From Candidatus Marinacidobacterales bacterium (GTDB lineage: Bacteria; Acidobacteriota; Vicinamibacteria; Marinacidobacterales; DATDRI01): a stretch of 64,000 nucleotides of DNA. Shown in pieces: positions 28,673 through 37,616 of the stretch; position 1 is the stretch's first letter, and every line of letters starts with the position of its first letter. A program made the position numbers and the translations under genes. The stretch spans positions 3,520,001 through 3,584,000 of the forward strand of contig OZ245365.1 in the NCBI GenBank assembly GCA_965226495.1. The letters run 5' to 3'. The notes beneath the pieces were generated by a model. It ran no database searches. It had not been told where the DNA came from and was given only the letters and a program-made list of their open reading frames with translations.

Positions 28673-30805
28673 ATGTTCGCTACTATCGCATTCGCTCTGG
28701 TTGTCGTGAGCGGGGCCATTTGGTGGGTGACTCTACGATTCCTCGGTGTCTATCGACGGGTTCCGGTCGAGAACTACGTCATTTGGGCGCTGGCGGCGGG
28801 TGTAGGGCTTTACGCCCTGATTCAGGAACCGTCGATCTTGAACGGTGCCGCGTTCCTGATTCCAACTGTCGTTTTGGGAGTAGCAGCTTGGTATTTGAAC
28901 ATAAGCGGCCAAGCGCGGTTTCCGAGAGACGAGCTTCGCCTCAAAGTCGGCGATCGTTTCCCTCGTTTCTCACTCCCCGACTCCCAGCGTCGACCATTCC
29001 AATCCGAAAGTCTGGAGGGGGTCAGCTCTGCACTCTATCTCTTCTACCGTGGAGACTGGTGACCCTTCTGCACGACGGAGCTGGGCCAGCTTCATAAGTT
29101 TCACGAGAAAGTCGCCGCAACCGGCGTCCAAGTCTTCGCCATCAGTGTAGATGCCCCCGACGTTTCGGAGGCGTTTCGCACCAAGGTTGGTGCCGAGTTC
29201 ACGTTCCTGTCCGACCAAGAACGAACCCTCATCGACCGGCTAAACATCAAGCACGACGACCCCTACGTGAACGCGGAGATCGCGTTCCCTACTGCGATAT
29301 TGGTCGACAAGTTCGGCATCGTCCGGTGGATTAACGCGATGCAGTATGGAAATACTCGAATGACGCCCAACGAGTTGTTCGAGGCCATCGAGCGTATGAC
29401 CCTCGAAGAACAAAACCGCGAGCTCAGAAGAGCGCGGGCGGTCAGCCAGGTGGTGCGGCAGGTCTTCTTGATGGAAAAGAGCGGTGACTTGGCGCAAGCG
29501 ATCCATGTCATGCGGGAAGAGCTCCAACGACTCGGGCTCGTTTTCTCACTATGTTCGATCACGATTTTCGATGAGGGGGCCGACGCGCTCAAAATCTACC
29601 GGGATGCAAGTGAGACCAGAGACGGTGCAGCGGTCAAGGTGCTTCCGGTATCGCCGGTATCTGATGTCCCGATTCTCCAAGACCTAGTGACGGCATGGCG
29701 GGAAACGCGCGTTTTTTGTGAGAACGTCGACATATTTGATGTTCGTTCCATCCTGAGCGTCCCATTCAGTCACGGAACCGTCGTGCTCGGCGGAACGAAG
29801 CCGGATCAGTTCGAGGAAGACGACATCCATACGCTCGAAGAGTTCGCAAAAGCCATCTCCGTCGGTTACAAACGCTTCCTCGACTTCCAAGAGCTGGATC
29901 GCCGCAACCATGAGCTCCAAGAGACGCAGTTGCAGCTCATTCAATCCGAGAAGATGGCCTCGCTCGGGCAGTTGGTGGCGGGAGTGGCCCATGAGCTCAA
30001 CACACCTATGGGAGCGATCAATAGCAACGCTCAGATCGCCGCGACTGCTTTGGCGCGGGTTCGGAAGGCCCTGGAGGACGGTCGGCTCTCCGAGGAACCG
30101 ACCCGGCGGCGCTTCTCCGAGCTCGTTGCAAACCTCGAAAATCTCAATGGGGTTAATCGAGACGCGTCGGTTCGCATGATCAGAATCGTCGACAGCCTCC
30201 GAAGCTTCGCGCGGCTCGACGAGGCGGAGTGGAAGCGCGCCGACCTGAAAGAGGGGCTCGAAGTCACACTCAGCCTCATGCAGCATGACCTCGGCAACCG
30301 TATCAAGGTCGTCAAGGACTATGGAGACCTGCCCGATGTTCCCTGCTATCCCAAGCAGCTGAATCAAGCATTCTTGAGCCTCTTGATGAACGCCGTCCAG
30401 GCTATCGATGGCAACGGGGAAGTCCGTATCCAAACTCATTGCGACGCGGCTCACGCGATTGTCAAGATTACCGACGACGGGCATGGGATCCCCGAGGAAC
30501 ACCTCGGCCGGATCTTCGATCCCGGCTTTACCACCCGCGGGGTGGGAGTCGGGACTGGCTTGGGGCTCGCGATCTCGTATCGGATTATCGAGAACCACCA
30601 AGGGACCCTCAGCGTGCAAAGCGAAGTTGGCAAAGGCTCCACTTTTACGATAGAGATACCGCTGCGCGCCGACGCGCCGCAGCCAACAAAGTTAGCTGGC
30701 AGGGTGCTGACGGATTCACGGCGCCCTGCGCGAGGAGCCATCAGCGGTCCCGAAGCCGCTCGCCGGCGAAGGGACGGCGGTGGGGGTGGGGCCCCGCCGC
30801 AGTGA
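28673..30805 (+). CDS. Membrane-anchored peroxiredoxin-like (UxxC)-GAF-histidine kinase fusion; in-frame TGA at 29060-29062 probably selenocysteine
   Basis: ORFs 28673-29062 and 29267-30805 share one frame with a single TGA in LFYRGDW*PFCTTEL; AhpC/TSA fold continues (AISVD, FLSD, PTAILVDKFGIVRW); HisKA VAHELNTP and HATPase N/G1/F/G2 boxes. Confidence 0.85.
29077..29093 (+). promoter_or_regulatory. Candidate bacterial SECIS hairpin
   Basis: GGAGCTG-GGC-CAGCTTC, 7-bp stem with one G-U pair; G-starting loop begins 21 nt after the TGA. Confidence 0.65.
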
Positions 30806-30892
30806 TGAAGGAGCGAGCCCGGCCCGAGTGGGCCGACGACGGGAAGCCGAGCGAGGAGCGAGGCGCCAAGCGCGCGAACGAAGAGTGAGCGC
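30720..30892. repeat. GC-rich REP/MITE-like element overlapping the kinase 3' end
   Basis: Shares GTGGGGGTGGGGCCCC and GAGCGAGGC motifs with 2557-2660; boundaries approximate. Confidence 0.5.
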
Positions 30893-30975
30893 GCATTGAT
30901 GCAGTTCTAAAGACCGGCCCGAAAACACGGAACTTTTGAGCGCTCAAGATCGTTTCAACCCGCGGCGGAGACATT

Positions 30976-33078
30976 ATGCTGCATAGACTTCTTGGAACTC
31001 TTCTTACTTTGTCGTTCGTGCTGTTAGTCGGCCTCATGGGTCTTGCTGAACCGGCTCAATCTGCACAGTCGAAAAGCGGCCCCCTCTTCGAAGAACCGTT
31101 GAGCCCACGCATCGCCAACTACCAGATCGACGTCAAGTTGACCCCCGAGACGCGGACCCTCGAGGGAAAGCAAGTGCTGACGTGGTACAACAAAACCGGT
31201 GAGACGATTGACGAGCTCCGATTCCATCTCTATCTCAACGCCTTTCGCAACTCTCGCACTACCTTCATGCAGGAATCGGGAGGCACGATGCGCGGCCACG
31301 CCATCGACGAAGAAGGATGGGGTTTCATCGAGGTCGACCGCTTGAGCCTATCCCAGCTCGAAGAGCGGACCGACGATCGCCTACGACTCTATCAACCAGG
31401 GGTCGGCTCTGACTGGCGCGAGGTTTTTCGAATCAACGCCGCCGCAACGGGAGCCGACCTCACCGAAGCCATGGAGTTTATCCAACCAGACGACAGCAAC
31501 GAACACGACAAGACGGTGTTCCGGGTGCCGCTACCCACGCCGCTCGCGCCGGGTGAAGGGGTGGCCCTCGACTTCGAGTTCCGAGCCCAGCTCCCGACGC
31601 CGCCTTTTGCGCGCACCGGCGCCAAGGAAGAGTACTTCTTCGTCGGCCAATGGTTTCCGAAGATCGCCGTCCACGACGGTGGAGAATGGAACGCTCACCA
31701 GTTTCACTACAACTCGGAGTTCTTCGCCGACTACGGGGTCTACGACGTGCGGATGACGGTTCCCGAAGACTTCGTACTGGGTGCGACCGGCTTGGAGGTG
31801 GAGACCATCGACAACGGCGATGGGACGACCACTCACTACTACCACGCCGAAGATGTCCATGACTTCGCCTGGACCGCGAGCCCGGAGTACCAGGTCTTCA
31901 CCGGCGAAACGCAAGATGTGAAGATCAGGGCGCTGGTACAGCCGGACCACGTCGGGCAAGGAAAACGCCATATCGAGGCCGCCAAAGTCGCGGTGAGTTT
32001 CTTCCAAGACAACTATGGCGATTACCCGTTTCCGAACTTGACGGTCGTCGATCCCCGACGAGGCGCCGGCGGTTCGGGAGGCATGGAGTACCCCACGCTC
32101 ATCACCGCCGGAACGAGATACAAGATGCCCGCCGGCATACGCATGCTCGAGAGGGTGATCACGCACGAGTTCGGACACAACTTCTGGTACCACCTCCTCG
32201 CCAGCAACGAGTTCGAGGAAGCGTGGATGGACGAGGGCATCAATACCTACACCGACGGGCAGGCCGTCGACGCTCACTACCAAGGCTACCTCATCGATTT
32301 TCTCGGATTCAAGGTCACAGATGAAGACCTGAACCGAGTAAGCTATATCCAAAGCCCAAAAGCGGACCCCGTCTATCTGAAAGCCTGGCAGTCGTACGAC
32401 CGCTCGAGCTACTGGGCAAACTCTTACTCCAAGCCGGGGCTAATCCTGAAAACGCTTCGAAATTATCTCGGCTCGGAGACGATGAACGAAGCCATGCGCG
32501 CCTACGTCGAACGGTGGCGCTTCAAGCATCCCAAGACCGAGGACTTCATCGACGTGATCAACGACGTCACGGGACAGGATCTCCATTGGTACTTCGACCA
32601 AGCGATCTATTCAAATGCAGTGCTCGACTACTCGGTAGCTTCGATGGAAAGCGAAGAGATCAAGGAGGTCGGATACGACCTCGACAAATCGGTCGAGGAG
32701 GCATGGAGCCCGCCCGAGGACAACGAAGACGAAGACTCCGGGGTGGTGGACGAAGGGCAAGACGACACGCTTTACCGGAGCGAGATCAGAATTCGCCGGT
32801 TGGGGGAGTTCAAATTCCCCACCGCGATCGAGATCGTCTTCGACGACGGCGAGACGATTCGAGAACAATGGGACGGACAGAACGCCTGGACGAAACTCAC
32901 ATTCGTAAGACCAGCAAAACTCGAATCCGCCACCGTCGACCCGGACCGAAACGTGCCGCTCGACGTGAACTACACCAACAACAGCCACACGCTTGAGCCA
33001 CAGAAGCTCGGCATCACCAAGGTTGCGACGCGCTGGATGTTCTGGTGGCAATTCATCTTGGACTTCGTAAGCCTGTAG
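30976..33078 (+). CDS. Secreted M1 family zinc aminopeptidase
   Basis: Signal peptide; GGMEYP and HEFGH...WMDEG (HEXXH-x18-E); YSKPG. Confidence 0.92.
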   Translation: MLHRLLGTLLTLSFVLLVGLMGLAEPAQSAQSKSGPLFEEPLSPRIANYQIDVKLTPETRTLEGKQVLTWYNKTGETIDELRFHLYLNAFRNSRTTFMQESGGTMRGHAIDEEGWGFIEVDRLSLSQLEERTDDRLRLYQPGVGSDWREVFRINAAATGADLTEAMEFIQPDDSNEHDKTVFRVPLPTPLAPGEGVALDFEFRAQLPTPPFARTGAKEEYFFVGQWFPKIAVHDGGEWNAHQFHYNSEFFADYGVYDVRMTVPEDFVLGATGLEVETIDNGDGTTTHYYHAEDVHDFAWTASPEYQVFTGETQDVKIRALVQPDHVGQGKRHIEAAKVAVSFFQDNYGDYPFPNLTVVDPRRGAGGSGGMEYPTLITAGTRYKMPAGIRMLERVITHEFGHNFWYHLLASNEFEEAWMDEGINTYTDGQAVDAHYQGYLIDFLGFKVTDEDLNRVSYIQSPKADPVYLKAWQSYDRSSYWANSYSKPGLILKTLRNYLGSETMNEAMRAYVERWRFKHPKTEDFIDVINDVTGQDLHWYFDQAIYSNAVLDYSVASMESEEIKEVGYDLDKSVEEAWSPPEDNEDEDSGVVDEGQDDTLYRSEIRIRRLGEFKFPTAIEIVFDDGETIREQWDGQNAWTKLTFVRPAKLESATVDPDRNVPLDVNYTNNSHTLEPQKLGITKVATRWMFWWQFILDFVSL

Positions 33079-33096
33079 GCATTCGAGGTACCCATC

Positions 33097-34026
33097 ATGA
33101 TCTGGAATTCTTTCAAATCTGGCCTATGCCAAGCGTGGTCCACGAAACGATTGGTAGCACTTCTATACTTGGCATCGGCGATTCTTGGACTCCTGATTGC
33201 CCTGCCGGTACGTGCGGTCCTATTGGACTTCGCGGGCCGCTCCCTGGAAGGTGCGGCGCTTGTCAACGGAGTCAGTACGGGTTTCTTCTTCGAGTTGCTG
33301 CTGCACAACGAGGCGGGCCTGGCAGGCCTGCGCACGCCTGCCCTCTTCGCCTCGGTTGCTTACCTGCTGGCGTCTCTCTTTCTGTCCGCAGGGGCGTTTG
33401 CGATCTTGGCGAGCGGCCAGGGATACAGCGCCACCAATTTCTGGGGAGGCGCCGCACGGTTTTTCGGGCGGTTCCTAAGATTGACCCTTTGGAGCTCGCT
33501 ACTCCTCGCAGCCCTCTACTTATTGCCTCTAGCCTCGCGCGGGTTGCAGCGACTCTTTTTCGGCAGCGATCCTTACGAGTACGTTTCCTATTGGGGAGCG
33601 TGGATCCGAGCCGGACTCCTGCTGATCGCCTTCTTCTTCTACCGAATCTGCTTCGACTACGCGCGCATCCACGCCGTCGTCACCGACGAGCGCAGAATGA
33701 GGGTCTCCCTATGGCGCGGGATCGGTTTTGCGTTGCGAAACCCCCTGCCGTCGATCGGACTCGCCCTGCTGGTCGCCCTCGTCGGAAGCGGCGCGTTACT
33801 AATCTACCGCCCGCTCTCAGTTGCGGTGGATGGCTCGACGGTTGCCGCGATCGTTGCAGCGGTGGGTTTGCAACAGGCTTACATCATTTGGCGTGCAGTG
33901 ATCCGGCTGACTCGTTACGGGAGCCAGATCACGCTGTTTCGCGAGTTGGCGGGGGATCTATCCGAGGCATCTGTAACTGAGCCGCCCGCACCGGCGACGG
34001 AACCGGTGATCGCGGAAGCGACCTGA
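33097..34026 (+). CDS. Multi-pass membrane protein of unknown function
   Basis: About 6 hydrophobic segments; 18 nt after the peptidase stop. Confidence 0.75.
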   Translation: MIWNSFKSGLCQAWSTKRLVALLYLASAILGLLIALPVRAVLLDFAGRSLEGAALVNGVSTGFFFELLLHNEAGLAGLRTPALFASVAYLLASLFLSAGAFAILASGQGYSATNFWGGAARFFGRFLRLTLWSSLLLAALYLLPLASRGLQRLFFGSDPYEYVSYWGAWIRAGLLLIAFFFYRICFDYARIHAVVTDERRMRVSLWRGIGFALRNPLPSIGLALLVALVGSGALLIYRPLSVAVDGSTVAAIVAAVGLQQAYIIWRAVIRLTRYGSQITLFRELAGDLSEASVTEPPAPATEPVIAEAT

Positions 34027-34029
34027 GTT

Positions 34030-35496
34030 TTAGGAACCGTCCGTTGCGGCGCTCCCAGTTTTGCCGAAACAATAGAGCGCACCGCGGGTGCGAAGGTAAA
34101 TACGCCCGTCGGCGATCGCGGGAGTCGCATAACACAGATCGTCCATATCGTTGACCGCCAGCACCTGTAATTTTCCGTCTGGCTTCATCACCGCCACCTT
34201 GCCCGACTCGCTCACGAAGAAGATCTTGCCATCCGCGGCGACCGGCGATGCGTAATAGCTATCGACAGCTTCTTTTATGCGACCCTGGGCGATCACCTCG
34301 CCCGTTTGCGGCCGGAACGAGGTCACGATCCCTCCATCGTTGATCATGTGAAGCACGTCTTGATAAATGACGGGCGAAGGAAGCTGCGGCACGGCGCGAT
34401 GGTATTGCCAGCGCATGTTTTTCTCCGACATATCGCCGCGGCCCCCGAGCGCAATCCCTAGGATGCCGTTTTTTGACGCGAGCGCCGCACGGTAGAAGTC
34501 CCATTCATCCTCGTCGAGGAAACCGTCGACGTTCAGGTCGGTAAAAAACGACATCCATCCCTTGGCCCGCGGATCTTCCTCTAGTTCTTCGGAAGTGAAC
34601 CGGCCGTCTCCGTCAGCATCCATTTTCGCCCGGGCTTCCTGGTAAGTCGCGACTTCCACCTGACTGCCGGGCTGGTTGAGCGGAGACCCGTAACCGTTGA
34701 CGTAGACAGTGTCTTGGTGCATGACCGGCGTGGACTTCATTTCGAAGGATAGGCCGCTCACCCACCAAATCTTCTCGCCGGTATCAACCGAATAAGCGGT
34801 CAACAGAAAAGAGCCAGGCACGAGGATCTGGCGGGAGCCGTCGTCGGCTTCGTAAAGGATGGGTGTCGAATGCCCGCTCTTGGCTTCGGGGCGCTCCGTC
34901 TTCCAAAGCGTGCGTCCGTCTTGTTTCGCCACCGCGATGAGAAACGATCCCGTCTGCTGATCGCAAACGAGAATCACCTTGTCATCCACAAGGATGGGAG
35001 ACACCCCCATCCCGTAAACATTATCGAATGGGCCCAACGGGAAACGCCATTGCTCGTTCCCGTCGAAGTCGTAAGAAAGCATGCCGTAGTCGGGAAAGAA
35101 TACGTAGACACCCTCACCGTCGGTGACCGGGCTGGGAGAAGCAGGATTATTGCGCTTGTCGAGCTTTTCTTCCCTTTCCCGCGGAGCTTGCCTCTGCCAT
35201 AGGACCTCCCCCGTCGAACGATCGAGAGAAATCGTGAGGAGATTGTCATCCTCGACCGCGGTCAGGAAAATGCGATTTGCCCAAAGAATCGGAGACGAAT
35301 GTCCAGGCGGAAGAGGCGTCTTCCAGACGACGTTTTGATCCGGTCCGAACTCGACCGGTAGCCCCTGGGTGTCCACAACACCCGAGCCATTCGGCCCGCG
35401 AAAACGCGACCACTCGTTCGCGTCTACGGTTGGGAACGCGCAAAACACCAAGAAGATGGGAATCGCGCTTGCCCGCGCGAGTTGCCTTACTTTCAT
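34030..35496 (-). CDS. Secreted PQQ-binding-like beta-propeller protein with EF-hand-like insert
   Basis: Signal peptide, WSRFRGPNG, repeated SP...G..LW blades, DADGDGRFTSEEL and DLNVDGFLDEDEW. Confidence 0.85.
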   Translation of the reverse strand: MKVRQLARASAIPIFLVFCAFPTVDANEWSRFRGPNGSGVVDTQGLPVEFGPDQNVVWKTPLPPGHSSPILWANRIFLTAVEDDNLLTISLDRSTGEVLWQRQAPREREEKLDKRNNPASPSPVTDGEGVYVFFPDYGMLSYDFDGNEQWRFPLGPFDNVYGMGVSPILVDDKVILVCDQQTGSFLIAVAKQDGRTLWKTERPEAKSGHSTPILYEADDGSRQILVPGSFLLTAYSVDTGEKIWWVSGLSFEMKSTPVMHQDTVYVNGYGSPLNQPGSQVEVATYQEARAKMDADGDGRFTSEELEEDPRAKGWMSFFTDLNVDGFLDEDEWDFYRAALASKNGILGIALGGRGDMSEKNMRWQYHRAVPQLPSPVIYQDVLHMINDGGIVTSFRPQTGEVIAQGRIKEAVDSYYASPVAADGKIFFVSESGKVAVMKPDGKLQVLAVNDMDDLCYATPAIADGRIYLRTRGALYCFGKTGSAATDGS

Positions 35497-35595
35497 CGTC
35501 GATCCTTTCCTCTCTGGTCCTTTTCGACCAAACTGAGGCAGCTAGTCAATCATAATTTGGCATAATTTGACAGCGTTTGGAATCGCGACGCCTCT

Positions 35596-37062
35596 TCAAT
35601 CGGAGAAGAACTTCTCGATCACCGATTCGCTCGGCGCACGGGTGGATAGCGACACCAGTACCAGGACCAACGAAGCCCCTAAGACGACTACCACCACGGG
35701 GAGTAGTCCGGTCTGACCAATCGTGTAGTCTCCCCCAGCGCCCAACGACTGGATAAAAAAATACGTCCACAATCCGGCCACGGTGACGATGGCCGCCATG
35801 ACGCCTTCCTTGGTGCTTCGTTTCCAAAAGAGCGCCGCCAGGACAATCGGGAACAACCCGCTGTATCCTGTTAACGACCACACACCCATGTTGAAAATGG
35901 AGCGGGTCGTGAAAAGCGACAGCAAGAACGCCGCCGCCAACAGGACCATGACAAACGATCGGCCAAACAGAACCTGCTGCCTTTCCGACAGTTTGTCGTG
36001 AAAGCCGTAGTGACGGACGATGTCCTGCGTAAACATCGTTCCGGCAGCCAGCGCCTGGGAATCGAGAGACGACATGATGGCGGCGAACACACCGGCTCCT
36101 AGGCACCCGGCGAGAACGCCGCCCGCATTGCCGAGGATGAGTTTTACGAGAATCGGACCGTCCAGTGGGGCCTGGTAGTCGATGTTGCCTACGACCCCGA
36201 GCATGACGCTGGGAACCCACACCGCCGCGACGCAAAGTGGGTAAAAGACAATGCTATAGCGAAACGATCTCGCCTCACGGGCCGATAGCCAGTGACTGAA
36301 GATATGCGGAAAGGCTCCCACCGAAAACGGAAGAAAAAGAAACGAGAACATGCGTACGTGAGTGGCCCGTTCGCTTCCGACCACGAGTAAAGACGGGTGC
36401 GTTGCACGGACCGACTCCATGGCACCCTGAAGGCCGCCGTATTTCCCCAAGATCACTAAGAAGGTGATGCCGCCCACGATCATGAAAACGAGCGTTTGGA
36501 ATGTGTTCGCCCATGCCGTGCTGCGCATGCCTCCATAGGTGACGTAAACGAAGACCACGCTGCAGATGAGCAAGCTGCCGATCCAGGAATCGACACCCTC
36601 TCCCGCTCCGCCGGTGATGGCTTGCAGCGCGTCGCCTCCTCCTTTCACGCCGATCAAAACGTATGGAAGCATGAGGGAAACCAACACGACGAAGAGCATC
36701 AGCCCCAAGGTATCGGACTCGTACCTTTCCCGAAAGAATTGAACCTGTGTCAGATACCCTTCCTTCTTACCCAGCCACCACAAGCGCGTCCCGACGAAGT
36801 AAAAAACCAATGGAAGCATTATTGCGGAGCTCGAACCCATCAAGGCGAAGACGATGATGCCTTCCCGATACGCTTGACCGGAAGCTCCCAACATCGTGAA
36901 GGCGGTCATGTTGGTTCCGAAAAGAGTCATCAACAGGACAAAAGGGCCAATGGTGCGGCTTGCCAAGAAGTAATCCTCGCCGGTGCCGCGGAATGAGCGA
37001 TGCGCCAGCATGCCAACGAACAGCACCAGAGTGAGGTAGGCGAGGATGACTCCGAGGATCAT
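35596..37062 (-). CDS. Sodium:solute symporter family protein
   Basis: EDYFLASR, YVTYGGMRSTAWANTFQ, FAAIMSSLDSQ, many TM segments. Confidence 0.92.
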   Translation of the reverse strand: MILGVILAYLTLVLFVGMLAHRSFRGTGEDYFLASRTIGPFVLLMTLFGTNMTAFTMLGASGQAYREGIIVFALMGSSSAIMLPLVFYFVGTRLWWLGKKEGYLTQVQFFRERYESDTLGLMLFVVLVSLMLPYVLIGVKGGGDALQAITGGAGEGVDSWIGSLLICSVVFVYVTYGGMRSTAWANTFQTLVFMIVGGITFLVILGKYGGLQGAMESVRATHPSLLVVGSERATHVRMFSFLFLPFSVGAFPHIFSHWLSAREARSFRYSIVFYPLCVAAVWVPSVMLGVVGNIDYQAPLDGPILVKLILGNAGGVLAGCLGAGVFAAIMSSLDSQALAAGTMFTQDIVRHYGFHDKLSERQQVLFGRSFVMVLLAAAFLLSLFTTRSIFNMGVWSLTGYSGLFPIVLAALFWKRSTKEGVMAAIVTVAGLWTYFFIQSLGAGGDYTIGQTGLLPVVVVVLGASLVLVLVSLSTRAPSESVIEKFFSD

Positions 37063-37074
37063 GTGTCCCTAGCC

Positions 37075-37308
37075 CTATTTCTTGTCCAGATAGCGAGGCC
37101 ACGCACGCCTGACGACGAGGAGCATGCTGACCGACCAGAGCACGCTCAAAACGATGTGATAGAGGAGATTGACCGGAAGACCCCCGATGAGGCGATCGTC
37201 ACTCCAAAGCCAAGAGATTTGGTGTAGCGAGACCCCGACCGGTAGCAACAAGACGACCCAGAGGGGATAGCGTCGGGATTTCAAGAGTGTCCGCGAAGAT
37301 CTATCCAT
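37075..37308 (-). CDS. Small 2-TM partner of SSS symporter (DUF3311/DUF997-like)
   Basis: WLWSDDRLIGGLP, two TM segments, directly upstream of the symporter. Confidence 0.7.
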   Translation of the reverse strand: MDRSSRTLLKSRRYPLWVVLLLPVGVSLHQISWLWSDDRLIGGLPVNLLYHIVLSVLWSVSMLLVVRRAWPRYLDKK

Positions 37309-37616
37309 CGGCGGGAGAATGTGTCGAAGCCATAGAGGAGCGTGATGATAATTCGAGGCCCTGCAATGATGCAATGGGCGTGCGCCGAAGCCATGTGGAG
37401 GCGGGTGGGGCGAAGGGCGGGTCTAACGCTCCGGCTCTTCAGCGGGGCGCGCTTGCCGGTCGCGATTCATTCGGATCTCGCCCGCGAGATCGTGAACCGC
37501 CATGGCGTAGTAGGAGCTTCGATTGTAGCGGGTAATGACGTAGAAATTGTTCAACCCGAGCCAATACTGCGGACCGGCGCGAGTTCGCAGGCTAAACAGC
37601 ATGGCGCGCTCGCTGT

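Noticed and set aside
29684-30619. Long antisense ORFs (also 16132-17046, 39065-40015, 56686-57672)
   Set aside because: Shadow frames of well-supported genes, expected in GC-rich DNA; no recognisable motifs
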